A stretch of DNA of 64,000 nt from an uncultured Acidobacteriota bacterium (GCA_963818345.1 CAWFRX010000009.1:3130-67129), one strand, 5' to 3'; positions 31,551 through 43,544 are shown, numbered from the stretch's first letter. Notes: generated from the letters alone by a model not told the origin. Made by a program: numbers and translations.

Positions 31551-31589
31551 AAAAGCAGATCCCTCGGCCTGCGGGCCTCGGGATGACAC
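31551..31589 (-). repeat. Short-form interspersed repeat GTGTCATCCCGAGGCCCGCAGGCCGAGGGATCTGCTTTT, inverted copy
   Basis: Exact reverse complement of the copies at 31777-31815 and 45245-45283. Confidence 0.85.
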
Positions 31590-31776
31590 CGTCCTGGGCT
31601 GACGCGGGTCGGCTTGGGCATCGACCCCGCATGGTTTGAGGAATGCTGGTGAGTCAAGGCGGCAGTTGCGGGGAGTCAGAGTTTTGGAGCGCTGATGACG
31701 CCCGGAAAATAGCGGGGTTGGCGCGTGACCGGGTTCGCGCCTGCCTCAGCGTAGAGCGCACGTCATCACCAGCAAG

Positions 31777-31815
31777 GTGTCATCCCGAGGCCCGCAGGCC
31801 GAGGGATCTGCTTTT
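31777..31815 (+). repeat. Short-form interspersed repeat, direct copy
   Basis: The same 39-mer as at 45245-45283. It forms an inverted pair with 31551-31589. Confidence 0.85.
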
Positions 31816-31863
31816 GGTCTAGACCATGAAATGCTGGTGAGTCAAGACCTCTGGAAAGGCCCT

Positions 31864-32190
31864 ATGAGATACCTGATCTTGAGCCTCCTAGCCGTTTCGT
31901 CGCTGGCCGCGGCCCCGGCCAAACAAACCTTCACCGGAACCATTACCGACGACATGTGCGCGAATGCCGACCATTCGCACATGCGCATGGGGCCGACCGA
32001 CGCGGAGTGCACCGTGGCCTGCATCGATGCCCATGGCGCCTCCTATGTTCTATACGATGGCAAAAACGCCTACACGCTGAGCGACCAAAAAACGCCGGAG
32101 AAGTTTGCCGCGCAAAAGGTTAAGGTCGTCGGCACGCTAGACGCCAAGACCAAGACAATCCAGGTCGATTCGATTACGGCCGCAAAATAG
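31864..32190 (+). CDS. Secreted Cys-motif protein (paralog of 105-645)
   Basis: MRYLILSLLAVSSLAAAPA signal, then TFTGTITDDMCANADHSHMRMGPTDAECTVACIDAHGASYVLYDGKNAYTLSDQKTPEKFAAQKVKVVGTLDAKTKTIQVDSI. Confidence 0.6.
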   Translation: MRYLILSLLAVSSLAAAPAKQTFTGTITDDMCANADHSHMRMGPTDAECTVACIDAHGASYVLYDGKNAYTLSDQKTPEKFAAQKVKVVGTLDAKTKTIQVDSITAAK

Positions 32191-32409
32191 GCGGCGTATG
32201 CTGCACAATCTCTGCTTGGAAACTCCGCAGCTGCGGAGAACACCCTTCCTGACTCCGAGCCCCTGGGATCGTCACGGAATACGGATCGTTACGGAATAGA
32301 CGCACCTTGCCCTATTCACGCGCCCTAGTCCGCGTACCCTACGCTAGACTGGATCGAGAACTGGCCGGCAAATTGAGTCACCGCTCGGCGCGTTCTCCCC
32401 GCTAGGTTC

Positions 32410-34225
32410 ATGCCAACCCTGACGCGCGAAGCCATCGAGCTACCCGCATCGCCCGCCGCGGCCGCATCTCCGCGCGAACGGTATCTTTTGGGCTGCGTCC
32501 TCGCTCTTACGGCTCTGGTCTATTCTCCCGCGCTGCGCTTCTCTTTTGTCTTGGACGATTCCTGGCAACTCGTCACCAACCAGCTGATTCAATCTTGGCG
32601 ATTCGTGCCGGGATATTTCGTCGGGCATGTGTGGCAGCATCTCGGGTCCGGCGTCCCAGCCAACTATTACCGGCCGCTGAACTTCGTTTGGTTTCGCATC
32701 AACGATGCGCTCTTCGGCTTGGCTCCTGCCGGCTGGCACGCGGCCGCGATCCTCCTGCACGTGCTGGTGACCTTTCTCGCGTATCAAGTGGCGCGGCGCG
32801 TGACGGGGCGGCCTCTGATAGCGGCCGCCACCGCTTTGGTCTTTGGCATCCATCCGATGCGGCACGAAGTCGTTGGCTGGATCTCCGGCACCACGGAATC
32901 GTTCTGGTCGGTGTTTTTCTTCGCGGCCTTTCTTGCTTATCTGCAGTGGCGCGAAAAAAATAACCCGATTTGGATGATCGTTTCCTGCGCCCTCTACGCC
33001 GCCGCGCTATTTTCGAAAGAATCGGCGATTCTGCTGCCGCTGGTCGTCTTGGCCCACACTTGGTTATACGACGATTGGTTATACGACGCGCGCTTGGCGA
33101 CGGCCACGCCCGCTGGCACGCTCGCGCTTGTGGCAAGCGGCCAAACCAGCCATGGCCTACCTGCCCGTTGCAGCTGCTTACCTGCTGGTGCGCCAGTCTG
33201 TTCTGCACGGATCTTCTCATCCCAAAGTGGCTGTGCCCTGGTCCACTCTGCTCTTGTCGCTGCCTTCGGTCGCGCTATTTTACGTGCGGCAGTGGTTGCT
33301 GCCGGATCGCATGTCGGCGTTCTACGCCGTATCGCTGCAACCGCGTTTCACTGCCGCTCACGTGCTCTTGCCTTTGGTGGTCCTGGCAGCTTTAGCCCTT
33401 GGCCTTTGGCTGATGCGCGAGAAACTCGGCTGGCGCGAAGTGGCCTTTGCCGTGGCGTGGATGGTTGCGGGGTTGCTCCCGGCATTCGACCTGGGAGTCT
33501 TTCCGGCGGGAAACATCGTGCGCGACCGCTATTTTTACCTGCCCAGTTTCGGCGCTGCGCTTCTCGTAGCTCTGATTCTGGATAAGCTTTCGCAGGACGT
33601 CCCGCTGCTCGGCTTCCCGCGGCGCTGGCTGGTAGCGACGGCGGCCTTGGCCGTGCTTCTGTCTTACGCCACAGCGAACGCGACCAAGTATTGGGCGACT
33701 TCGTACTCGGTGTTCGACCATGCCGCGTTGTTCGATCCTCAGGATCCGATCCTGCGAAACGATTTTTCCATCACGCTGGTTCTCTTAGGCCATCAGGCCT
33801 ATGAACGCGGCGATTGGCTGGCCGCGGAAGGTTTATTCCAGCGTGCGCAGCAACTCAGTCCTGCCGCTGCCGATAACTACTTGCAGCTCGGCATGGTGGA
33901 TATGCACACCGGGCGTCCGAAGCAGGCCGAGGCCAATCTCCGCGCCGGCCTCGCGCTTCGTCCCGACGTGCCCATGTATCACTTTGTTCTGGGTATCGCC
34001 CTGGCGCAGCAAAACAATTGCGCCGAGGCTCGCGCTGAGTTTGCGGAGGTCCTGACGCTCAACCCCGACTTCACCGCAGCTCGCAAAGAGATGGACGACT
34101 GTCAGCTGCCGGCGCCCAGCGATCCGTCCCGAGCGCCCACCAAAAGAATGGCCTCGCGAACCTACACATCGGGGCGATCCGACTCATCGGGTGCAACCTC
34201 TCCTGTCGACGCCAAGCTTCGTTAA
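32410..34225 (+). pseudogene. Multi-pass membrane protein with C-terminal TPR repeats (PMT/TMTC-like glycosyltransferase architecture), one frameshift near 33110
   Basis: N-terminal half has many TM segments (FVLDDSWQLV.., HAAAILLHVLVTFLAY, FGIHPMRHEVV). C-terminal part is TPR-like: AYERGDWLAAEGLFQRAQQLSPAAADNYLQLG..GRPKQAEANLRAGLALRPD. The family assignment is inference. Confidence 0.5.
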
Positions 34226-34279
34226 TCCATCGCGTGCAGTTTCGCGATGCCGCCCGTCGCCCAAGCTTCACCACCCGGT

Positions 34280-34878
34280 TTAGCCATGTTTCGGCAGGAA
34301 CATCCCCGACTCTTTGCGATGAACGTCGAATTGCTCGCCGAACTCTTCCGCTAAAAAAGATTCCTCGCGTCGCGCTTTCATCGTGAAAGATGCCCAGGCG
34401 ATCGCGAACGCAATCAGCCCCGCGACCCGTCCGATTTCGATGACCGTTCCGAACAACGCCAGCAGCATCCCGGTATAAATTGGATGGCGAATCCTTCGAT
34501 ACGGGCCGGTACGGATCAGTTCGTGTCCTTCCTTCAGCGTGACGACGCCGCTCCAGTTGGTGCCCAGGTGTCGCCGCGCCCAAATCGCGAAACCCACACC
34601 GACCGCCGCCAGCACAGCGCCGGTCCATTGAACCGCCGCGCTACCGGAACAAAGCGCACCCCGAGCCATCCGTGACGCGCTTCCGGCCGCGCCAGCAATG
34701 CCAGCAAAAGGAGCGCGCCGACGAGCGGTAGCGTATAGCTCAACCGGCTCACCCAGGTCTCTTGCCTCTTGGTCTTTTTCCGTTCCAGGGCCGACATCAC
34801 CCAGTAGGCAACGAATGCTGCCCACGCCCACCGCGTGAGCCGCGCTGGAGTTAAAAAATTCGCGGCCAGCCCGATCAT
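34280..34878 (-). pseudogene. Isoprenylcysteine carboxyl methyltransferase (ICMT)-family membrane methyltransferase, one frameshift near 34640
   Basis: ..HLGTNWSGVVTLKEGHELIRTGPYRRIRHPIYTGMLLALFG..ARREESFLAEEFGEQF. Confidence 0.6.
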
Positions 34879-34933
34879 CGATGGCCTTTGGGGAGCTTTG
34901 CCTGGCTCACTCGACGCATGTGGCTACTTGTGG

Positions 34934-35146
34934 CTACCCACGATGTTTCCATTGGAGGATCAAGCCTATGGCGAGACCGGCGCCCGCGGTGCCGAGTAAA
35001 AATGGACGCGCGAGGGGAATCGTGAGCCATGCGAGGAGCACCAGTCCCAGCGAAACAATCGCGCCTGCGCGCGTTCCGGGCACGGACAGGTTGCCGAAGG
35101 AGCCAGGAGAAGAGGGTCGCTCCCGTTCCCTTGTGCGCAGCTCCAT
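34934..35146 (-). CDS. Small two-TM hypothetical protein
   Basis: AIVSLGLVLLAWLTIPLA and FLLGTAGAGLAIGLIL are hydrophobic stretches. Supported only by the open frame. Confidence 0.25.
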   Translation of the reverse strand: MELRTRERERPSSPGSFGNLSVPGTRAGAIVSLGLVLLAWLTIPLARPFLLGTAGAGLAIGLILQWKHRG

Positions 35147-35204
35147 GGTTCGCCTCCCGCTGCCCTGACCACTGTCGCAATCGCAGTACGGTGCGCCGCG
35201 CGGA

Positions 35205-36248
35205 CTATTCTTCCGGCTTCAGCTGTACCCATCCGGCGCCTGGGGATTGCGTCGAATTCACCACGGTACCCGTGCCATTTCTCCAGTAGTTCGCGTAGGG
35301 GCCGGTCCAGACCTCGCGTTCGTTGCCGTAAGGGTCGACCGTCGGCGTCACTCCTCGGAGCGCCTGGTCGAAGCTGTTCACTTGTGCCGCCTGCCGCTCT
35401 TGGCCGCGTTCGAAGGAGCTGACCTGATCCCGCATCGCCTGCATCTGCCGCTCGAACTGCTGCACCTGCTGGCCCAACGCCGCCATTCGTTGTTGCTGGC
35501 GCGCTTTCTGATATTCCAGCCCGTAGGCGTCTTCCTGTTGCTGTTTCTGGATCCACGGCGGGTTCAAGTGGAAGGTCTGTGTGCAGTGCAGCAGGATAGT
35601 TCGCGCCTGGGGCGCCGTTTCCGTTGGCGCCAGAAAGCTGACCAGCATGGAGACGGTCCAAATATTCGAGGTGAGGCTCGTGCGCGCGTAGGCATACGCG
35701 ATGCGCTGGCCGCCGGGCCCGTCGCACTTGTACGTTGCCTGGCCGGTCGTGCTTCGCTCGACGCCTGCCGCTTGCGCCGCGTCGTCCTTCACGGGCGCGT
35801 TCGCGTCGCTCGGCTGCGGGTCCAGCTTTTGGCACGCGCGAATAAAATGAGTTTGCGCGTAGGCGGTGGCGAATTCCTGCCCGGTGTGATATTTCGCGCT
35901 GGTCAGCTGCGCTTGCGCGCCCAGATCGACGCGGTCGCCCGGTGGATGCGTCGGCGTCGGCAGCGCGTATGGCGGAATGGCCATATCTCCCAAGCGAACT
36001 TCCGTTTTGCCGTCTGGCGAGATCATGTCCACCATGTACCGCGCGTCCGAATAGCCAATGCGGAACAGTCCGCCCTTGATCGTCCATCCCTTCGGCACTT
36101 CCACCGTGAACGCTTGCTCCGTCGGATCCTGGAAGCTCGTCCAGGTCACGCCGCCTTGCGGAGCTGCCTTCGCGGGCCCCGTTTGCAGGATTCCCGCCAC
36201 CAGACCTATCGCGATCAGACCGCGGACAATATGTTGAGTGCGCATCAC
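35205..36248 (-). CDS. Secreted hypothetical protein with a Gln-rich coiled segment
   Basis: Intact 347 aa. N-terminal hydrophobic IVRGLIAIGLVAGILQTGPAKA. Gln-rich stretch QKQQQEDAYGLEYQKARQQQRMAALGQQVQQFERQMQAM. Confidence 0.5.
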   Translation of the reverse strand: MMRTQHIVRGLIAIGLVAGILQTGPAKAAPQGGVTWTSFQDPTEQAFTVEVPKGWTIKGGLFRIGYSDARYMVDMISPDGKTEVRLGDMAIPPYALPTPTHPPGDRVDLGAQAQLTSAKYHTGQEFATAYAQTHFIRACQKLDPQPSDANAPVKDDAAQAAGVERSTTGQATYKCDGPGGQRIAYAYARTSLTSNIWTVSMLVSFLAPTETAPQARTILLHCTQTFHLNPPWIQKQQQEDAYGLEYQKARQQQRMAALGQQVQQFERQMQAMRDQVSSFERGQERQAAQVNSFDQALRGVTPTVDPYGNEREVWTGPYANYWRNGTGTVVNSTQSPGAGWVQLKPEE

Positions 36249-36365
36249 GGATCAACCTCTTCTTCGATTTTCATCTCCGTCGCGAGCCCGCCGTATCTTA
36301 CTTCGAATCCTTCGCCAAGTCTCGCCAAGCCACCCCACGCCAGGCCGTCCCACGCCAGGCCCAGC

Positions 36366-37681
36366 CTAGCTTTGATCGAGCAGCGTCGCGGCCTCAGTGC
36401 TCTGCGTCTCTTCGGCCGTTCCTGGCACCGCTGCGGGCAAGTTTCGTGCGCGAACGGTGCCAACCAAAAGGAAGACGTTGCTCAGTACGATAATCGCGAA
36501 GGCCAAAGACGGCAGGAATTCGAACTTGCTGCCGCGCGTGTCCAGCACCTCGATCGCCAGCACCGCGGAGATGAGGCCTCGGGGAATGAACCACACCATT
36601 ACCTCACGCTCCAGCGCGGAAAACGTGCGCCACACCGGGCGCCCCGCTTGCACGGTAATTTCCCGAGCCGCCAAAATAGCCGCGAAGCACAAAAGCGCAA
36701 ACAGAGCGCTCCTGCGCACTCCCGTCGAAATCGACGAGCATGCCCAGAAGCACGAAGAAAAACGTGCGCAACAGGAAAGCCAGTTCCCCGTGGAAGGTGA
36801 GCATCTGGGCGTGTTGATGCTCGTGGTGCAACCCGCCCTGCTCACTGGTAACCGGCATTTCGCTAAACCAATCGGCTCGGTCGGGCTCATCCAGATGAAC
36901 GCGTTTGCGAACCGCGTGAAAATTGCTGAGCGTCAGACCGAAGACCAACACCGAAATCAGGTCATTGCCCATCATGAAATGGACGCCGGAATAAACCAGC
37001 AGCACCGCCGCGAACGTCAAAACCTGCCAAAAACGCTCTTCCGACAACACCGGGAGCAGGTACGACCAAAGCATTCCGGCGAGAATTCCCGAGGCCACTG
37101 CCAAGATCAAGCTCGATGCCAGCGTCCACGCAATCGCTTTCGGAGCGGCGCTTCCTCCCGCGGCTAGGTCCAGCAGCGTGGTGACTGCCAGCACGGCATA
37201 GGCATCGCCCAGGGAAGCCTCCACCAGCAAGGTCACTTTGACTTCTCGCCTCAGGTTCACCTGTTGCAGGACAGGCAAGAGGATGGAACTGCTGATGCAG
37301 CCCAAGGATCGCGCCGATCAGCAGCGCGTCAAGCCAGGAAAAGTGCATCGCAAAGTGCGAAACACCCGCGACCGCCGCCATGGTTAATACGTAACTGAAG
37401 ATGGACAGTACAAACCCGGGGCCAAAATGTTTGAGAATTTCTCCCAGCTTCAGATCCAGGCCGCCTTCAAACAGGATCAGAATCAGGGCGAGAGAACCAA
37501 AGCCCGGCGTTGCGCCGCGAAAAATGTCTGGCTTCACCCAGTGCAATGCGGGGCCGATGAGCACACCGGTGGCCATCAGGATGATGACGTCGGGCACGTG
37601 CGTGAAGCGCACCAGTCGGTTGGCGACGAAAGCCAGCACCAAAAGGCCGCCAAGGATGGCGAAAAAGAGAGAAAGATCCAT
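36366..37681 (-). pseudogene. Cation:proton antiporter (CPA1/NhaP-like), 2 frameshifts
   Basis: MDLSLFFAILGGLLVLAFVANRLVRFTHVPDVIILMATGVLIGP..LILILFEGGLDL | ..LVEASLGDAYAVLAV.. | ..MVWFIPRGLISAVLA. Confidence 0.7.
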
Positions 37682-37874
37682 AGCCCTTGTTCCTGGCCGG
37701 GGAAGAGATCATCGAGGAAATCGCGGAATCTTACAACGACCAATCGCAGTCACAAAGACCAGGAGCGGCCCGCCTTCCTACCGAAGTGCTCCTGTTGCAC
37801 GAGCCTGCGACGTGTGCCGCCCCATTTCACGCCGCGCGATTCGCGCAGTACAATATCGCCCGGAGATACGCCAC

Positions 37875-38655
<781 letters not shown>

Positions 38656-38777
38656 GCACGCTTTATCGCTCGACTGTACGATCAGCTTCGATCAGCGCGC
38701 CCAAGGCACGAGCTTGCCTCGGCTCGCGAACTCTGGGCTCCAACTGGCCAGGAGATGCGAACTGAGCCAGCGCGAGA

Positions 38778-39784
38778 CTACAGCGTCTGGAAACAGCAGG
38801 TACCACATCGCATCCACCAGCGTATGCACCAGCGCCCCAGGGAAACATCGACCGGGTTCGCCGCCACGCCATATCCATAAAAGAATCCCGCGATCGGTCG
38901 CCAGCAGCACATACCTCCAGTTGGGAAACCGCCATTGGCAATGTGCGACAGCCCAAAGATGATCGATGCCACGATCCATCCCGCGCATCTTCGCTGCGCA
39001 GGGATTTCCCAACACGTTTTGCAGCAGCCCGCGAAACAGAAACTCCTCCGGCCAGCCGGTGAAGACAAAAATCCCAATCAGATCGAGCGGCAGCATGCGC
39101 CAATGCGCCGCGCCGCGGATCGAAGCGAATGAAGTGGATGCGCCGATCCCCAGCGGAATATCGATCGCCGCGATGGCCGCAAAGCACAGCAGTGCCGACG
39201 ACAGCCCCACCCGCGCGCGCCAGCCAATCGAATAGCCAATGCCTGTCGAGCGCCGCACGAATAAAAATGCCGCCAGCGCCCACGTTGATGGCCAGCAGCA
39301 TCGGCAGCACATAGCCGAGGCGGTCAGGGTAAGGGAAGATGCCGTGAAGCCAGCCGAGCTTGATCGGCAGCGCCAGGGCCAGCATGGCCGCGTAGTCCTG
39401 CCAGGCGCCGGGCTTGTGCCCGCTGCGCGGAAGCCGCCAGCGCCAGCGGCGCCAGCGTGTACGCCGCGGCGATTCCCAGTGCGCCACCATGAAAAGGCGC
39501 CGCGTGCCGATCGCGTACAGAAGTACGCGCCGAGCGGCCACAGCGCCAGCAGCGCGCCGCCTCTGCGGTGCCGCGTGGCGCGCATCGAGCGCGTTCGCGG
39601 ATCGCCGGCGCGGCGAGCCAGATTTCGCCCGCCAGCAGAATCAGCGAAGCGCCAGCAGTCGCCGCAAAAGACGCGCCGCGTTCCGAATCCCGCCCAGATT
39701 GCCGTACAATGCCGCGGCCAGGACTGCAGCCGCACCAACGAGCCCACGGCAAGCCTGGGCCGCAGCATGCGATCGCGCGGACAT
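38778..39784 (-). pseudogene. CPBP (CAAX) family intramembrane protease, many frameshifts
   Basis: The motifs GWPEEFLFRGLLQNVLG, IIFGLSHIANG and GALVHTLVDAMWYLLF are spread over three frames. Multiple TM segments lie upstream. Confidence 0.55.
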
Positions 39785-39817
39785 GCTGGCGTAGTGTAGC
39801 GCACGGCACATGACGCG

Positions 39818-41011
39818 ATGCTGACCAACCAAGCAGCGCCTCGCCTACATCGACTGGATGCGCGGCCTGGCCTGCGTCTTGATGTTCCAGACGCACTGCT
39901 ACGACTCCTGGCTCGGCGGCGCCGCGCGCGAGACGCACTTCTTCCAGCTTGTCGCAGCTCGGCGGCACGCTGCCCGCGCCGCTCTTCCTTTTTCTCGCCG
40001 GCGTCTCCGTCGCGCTGGTCACCGACCGCATGCGGCAGAAGGGAATTGCCGCTCGGCCGGATCGCGCGCGCCACGATGCTGCGCGGCGCGGAGGTCTTTG
40101 CCTTCGGGACTGCTGTTTCGCTTGCAGGAATTTCTGCTGGGTCAGCCGTGGGCGCCCTGGACCGATCTGCTCCGCGTGGACGTGCTGAACATCATCGGCC
40201 TTTCGCATCATGCTGCTGGGCGTGCTTTCGGCGCGGTATCTTGGCTGGCATCGATGGGCGCGCCGCCAGACCCGAGGTGATGTCGTGCGGCAGCGACCAG
40301 CTCGCAGTCGCGGCCTACGCTGCGCGTATCGTGGTCGCGGCGCGGCTGCCGCCGCGGCAATCGCGCTGGCTACTCCTCCGCTGTGGACCACCCATCGCCC
40401 GCGCTGGCTGCCGTGGTATCTCGAGTCCTACATCAACGGCGTGCACATCTACGACAAGCCGCAGCCGTGGCTCTTCCCGCTGTTTCCGTGGTCGGCGTTC
40501 GCCTTTGCCGGACTTGGCGATCGGCTTCTTGTTGCTCTCTCCGTGGGCGCGCCGCCACGAGCTCGCGGCGGCTGTCCGCTGCGGAGCGGCGTGGCGCGCG
40601 CTCTATCGCGCTCGGCCTCTGGCTGGACGCGCGGCCCGTCCAGCTTCTACGCCGTCTACGATTTCTGGCACACCAGCCCCAATTTCTTCCTGGTGCGCGT
40701 GGGCGTCTCATGGGATCGTTTTCTGAGTTACGCGTGGTGCCGCTGGGGAGCGGGCCAGTGGGGATTCAGCCCGATGATCGAGATTGGGCAGGCGTTCGCT
40801 GCTGGTCTACTGGGTGCACATCGAATTCGTCTACGGCCGCTTTTCGATTCTGACAAAGGCGCGCAGGGCATTGCGCAGCGCGACGCTGGGGCTTCTGATG
40901 ATTTTCGTCGCGATGACCGTGCTGGCCACGATTCGCAACCGCACCAAGGGCCGCGGCCTGCAGGCGCTGGCAGTTTGGCGGCGGCCCGCTCGGGTCGCGG
41001 CGCAGACTTAG
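39818..41011 (+). pseudogene. DUF1624-type membrane acyltransferase-like protein, many frameshifts
   Basis: RLAYIDWMRGLACVLMFQTHCYDSW, QLGGTLPAPLFLFLAGVSVALV and SLLVYWVHIEFVYG lie in different frames. The family call is from memory. Confidence 0.45.
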
Positions 41012-41429
41012 GGAGGTGAAGTGGCCGCCTTGCGCGGCCCCGCTCGACCGCGGTCAGTCACGCGCCTTAACGAGAGTTCAGTGCGATCGGCTGGCGCCCG
41101 ATTGCTCGCCGGTGCGGGCGGCGGCAACTTGAAGATCATTTCGCCCGGCCGCGCCAGCCCCATCTCCTCGCGCGCGATGCGCTCGATGGCCTGCGGATCG
41201 GTCTTGAGCGATTTCACCTGCTCGCCAGTTGCGCTGTTTTCCTGTGTCGAGCCGCGTGACTTCGCCTGCGAACCTGCTCCATCTCCTTTTGCGTGCGCCA
41301 CATCGCCAGGAAGCCGTGCGGCGCCGAAGACGTCGTGCATCGCCAGCAGCAGCAGCGCCCCGCCCAGAATCTTCCGCGCGTGGCGGCTCCAAAACGAGTG
41401 GCTGTCCGCGAGGTGGCGATCTGACTCAT
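41008..41429 (-). pseudogene. ftsB: Septum formation initiator FtsB/DivIC-like, about 2 frameshifts
   Basis: TM segment ILGGALLLLAMHDVFG | PHGFLAMWRTQKEMEQV | ..EQVKSLKTDPQAIERIAREEMGLARPGEMIFKLP. The start ATG overlaps the upstream stop (ATGA at 41426-41429). Confidence 0.55.
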
Positions 41430-42885
41430 GCTGTGGTTCCTTTCGCGGTCCCGAATACCCACTCGCGCGCCTCGCTCCGCCAGTCGCGCGGACTCCTGGC
41501 GCGTGGCGGCTTCGGTATAAATGCGCAGCAGCGGTTCGGTGCCCGAAAGGCGCAGCAGGATCCACGCCCCGTCGTCGAAGAGCAGCTTCAGCCCGTCGGT
41601 GCGGTCGGCGCCCGCCACGCGCCGTCCGAGAAATGTTCGGGAAGTCGCCGCGCAGGCGCTCCATCGTGCGCGCCTTCACGTCATCGGGAAGACGCAGATT
41701 CATGCGCAGCGGCCAATATTCGCGGCCCACGCGGCGGAAAAGGTCGCGCAACTGCTCGTCGAGCGATGCGCGCCGCGCCGCAACCATCTCGGCCACCAGC
41801 AGGCACGCAAGGATGCCGTCTTTCTCCGGCACATGCCCGTGAATCGAAAGTCCCGCGCTTTCTTCGCCGCCGAGCGCGATCGTGCCTTGCAGGATCAGTT
41901 GGCCGATGTATTTGAAGCCGACTGGCGTTTCCTGGACCGCCAGGCCGTGTTTATCGGCGACGGCGTCGATCAAATGCGAGGTGGCCACGCTGCGGGCGGC
42001 TTCCAGTTGCCATCCGCGCGTCTCCAGCAGGTAGTCGTAGAGCAGGCCCAGAATGTGGTTCGGCGAAATCCAGTGTGCCAGCGTCGTCGACGATGCCAAA
42101 GCGGTCGGCGTCACCGTCGGTCGCCAGCCCAATCCGCGCGCCCCGTTCCACAACGGCCTTCGCGAGCGGCGCGAGATTTTCTTCCGAGACGTCCGGGCCG
42201 GTGCGGTCGAAAAGAACGTCGCGCTCGGCGCGGATGGTGCGCGCCCCGATGCCCTGTTCGGCGAGTAGCCGATCGAGATAGCCCGCTCCGCATCCGTGCA
42301 GCGCGTCGTAGACAATGCCGATTTCCCCCGGCCGCGACGCCGCATGAATCGCATCGAAGCGCACCAGTTCCGCCAGGCGCTCGAGATAGGCTGGCCGCGG
42401 ATCGATCGGCTCGAACTTGTTTTCTTCCTGCGGCGAAGGGAAGGCCGAGCCGTCCGCTTTGCTGCGCGCTGCCAGTTGGCGGCGCGCGCCTCGATGTCAC
42501 GCGTGACCTCGGGAAGGGCCGGCCCGCCGGCGGCGCCCGAAAATTTTATGCCATGATATTCGGCTGGGTTATGGCTGGCGGTGAAGTTGATCGCGCCATC
42601 GATCTTCCGCCGGCGAATCTCGTAGGCGACCGCCGGAGTTGGGGTCGCACCGTCGCAAAGTAGAACGCGCACGCCGTGCTCGGCGAGCACCATCGCGGCG
42701 GTACGCGCAAACTCTTCGGAAAAAAATCGCGTGTCGCGCGCCACCAGCATCGTTGGATTCGCGTTGCTGGCGCGAACGTGTTCGGCAATCGCGGCGACGG
42801 CCACGCGCACGCTTGCGAAGGTAAAATCCTCGGCGATGATTCCGCGCCAGCCGGACGTGCCAAATTTGATCGGACAAGCTGTCAT
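41426..42885 (-). pseudogene. Alpha-D-phosphohexomutase (phosphoglucomutase/phosphomannomutase), at least 4 frameshifts
   Basis: IKFGTSGWRGII..; active-site FTASHNPAEYHGIKF; ..GGEESAGLSI..PEKDGILACLL; ..DGLKLLFDDGAWILLRLSGTEPLLRIYTEA. Confidence 0.85.
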
Positions 42886-43146
42886 TGGTGTGTGACGGCT
42901 CGGTATTGTATCTTGGCCCGGTGATCTGCTTACTGCATTCGCGACGGCTGGCGGCAAAGAGTAAATGGTGTGCAGCCCAAGACCAGCCGCGTCTTACGCG
43001 CTGGGCGTCTGCCGGGAACCCGCGCCATAGCGCATGCGCAGTCCGCAAGACGCTGCCATGAAAGCCCACGACCACCCACGCCTTACGCGCGAGAGTTCTG
43101 CTGGGAGTCCGCGCCTTAGAGCTTGTGCGCTCGGCAAGACGCAGCC

Positions 43147-43482
43147 ATGAAGCGATCCCCGCGATCCTACGTCGTCGTCCTGGTGACCTGCGCATCGCGC
43201 CGCGAGGCCAGCCGCATCGCCCGCAGCGTGGTTACGCGCAAGCTGGCGGCCTGCGTCAACGTTCTGGACGCGCCAGTACACTCGGTGTACCGCTGGAAAG
43301 GAAAAATTGAGCAGGGGCGCGAATTCTTGCTGATCATCAAGAGTTCCAAAGGTCGGCTCGCCGCTTTACGCGACGAGGTCGAGCGATTGCACAGCTACGA
43401 CGTACCCGAATTCATCGCCTTGCCCATCGTTGGCGGCTCCTCGCGATACCTGGCCTGGCTCGGCGACTCTCTCAACGCCTAA
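43147..43482 (+). CDS. cutA: Divalent-cation tolerance protein CutA
   Basis: YVVVLVTCASRREASRIARSVVTRKLAACVNVLDAPVHSVYRWKGKIEQGREFLLIIKS..HSYDVPEFIALPI. Confidence 0.85.
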   Translation: MKRSPRSYVVVLVTCASRREASRIARSVVTRKLAACVNVLDAPVHSVYRWKGKIEQGREFLLIIKSSKGRLAALRDEVERLHSYDVPEFIALPIVGGSSRYLAWLGDSLNA

Positions 43483-43544
43483 TTCCTGGCCGCCAGCACC
43501 CGAAATTCTTGGCACCGCACATTCCAAGAGCCTGTGACGTTTAG

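Noticed and set aside
31685-31705. Hammerhead-like CTGATGA...GAAA string
   Set aside because: There is no stem II hairpin between CTGATGA and GAAA and no flanking stems I or III. The string is simply the duplicated 3' end (..LMTPGE*) of gene 30916-31464.
35247-36800. Very long ORFs antisense or out of frame to recognised genes: 35247-36800 (517 aa), 34966-36255 (429 aa), 50099-51463 (454 aa), 56590-57810 (406 aa), 18793-20016 (407 aa), 41521-42663 (380 aa), 51609-52565 (318 aa), 30676-31632 (318 aa).
   Set aside because: Their translations are Arg/Ala/Gly/Pro-rich low-complexity strings typical of shadow frames in high-GC DNA. In each case the opposite strand or another frame gives a clearly recognisable or signal-peptide-bearing protein.
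37682-37874. TPP (THI-box) riboswitch upstream of thiG
   Set aside because: No CTGAGA or ACCTGATCTGGATAATGCCAGCG-like core is visible. The region looks like a plain divergent promoter gap shared with the antiporter gene.
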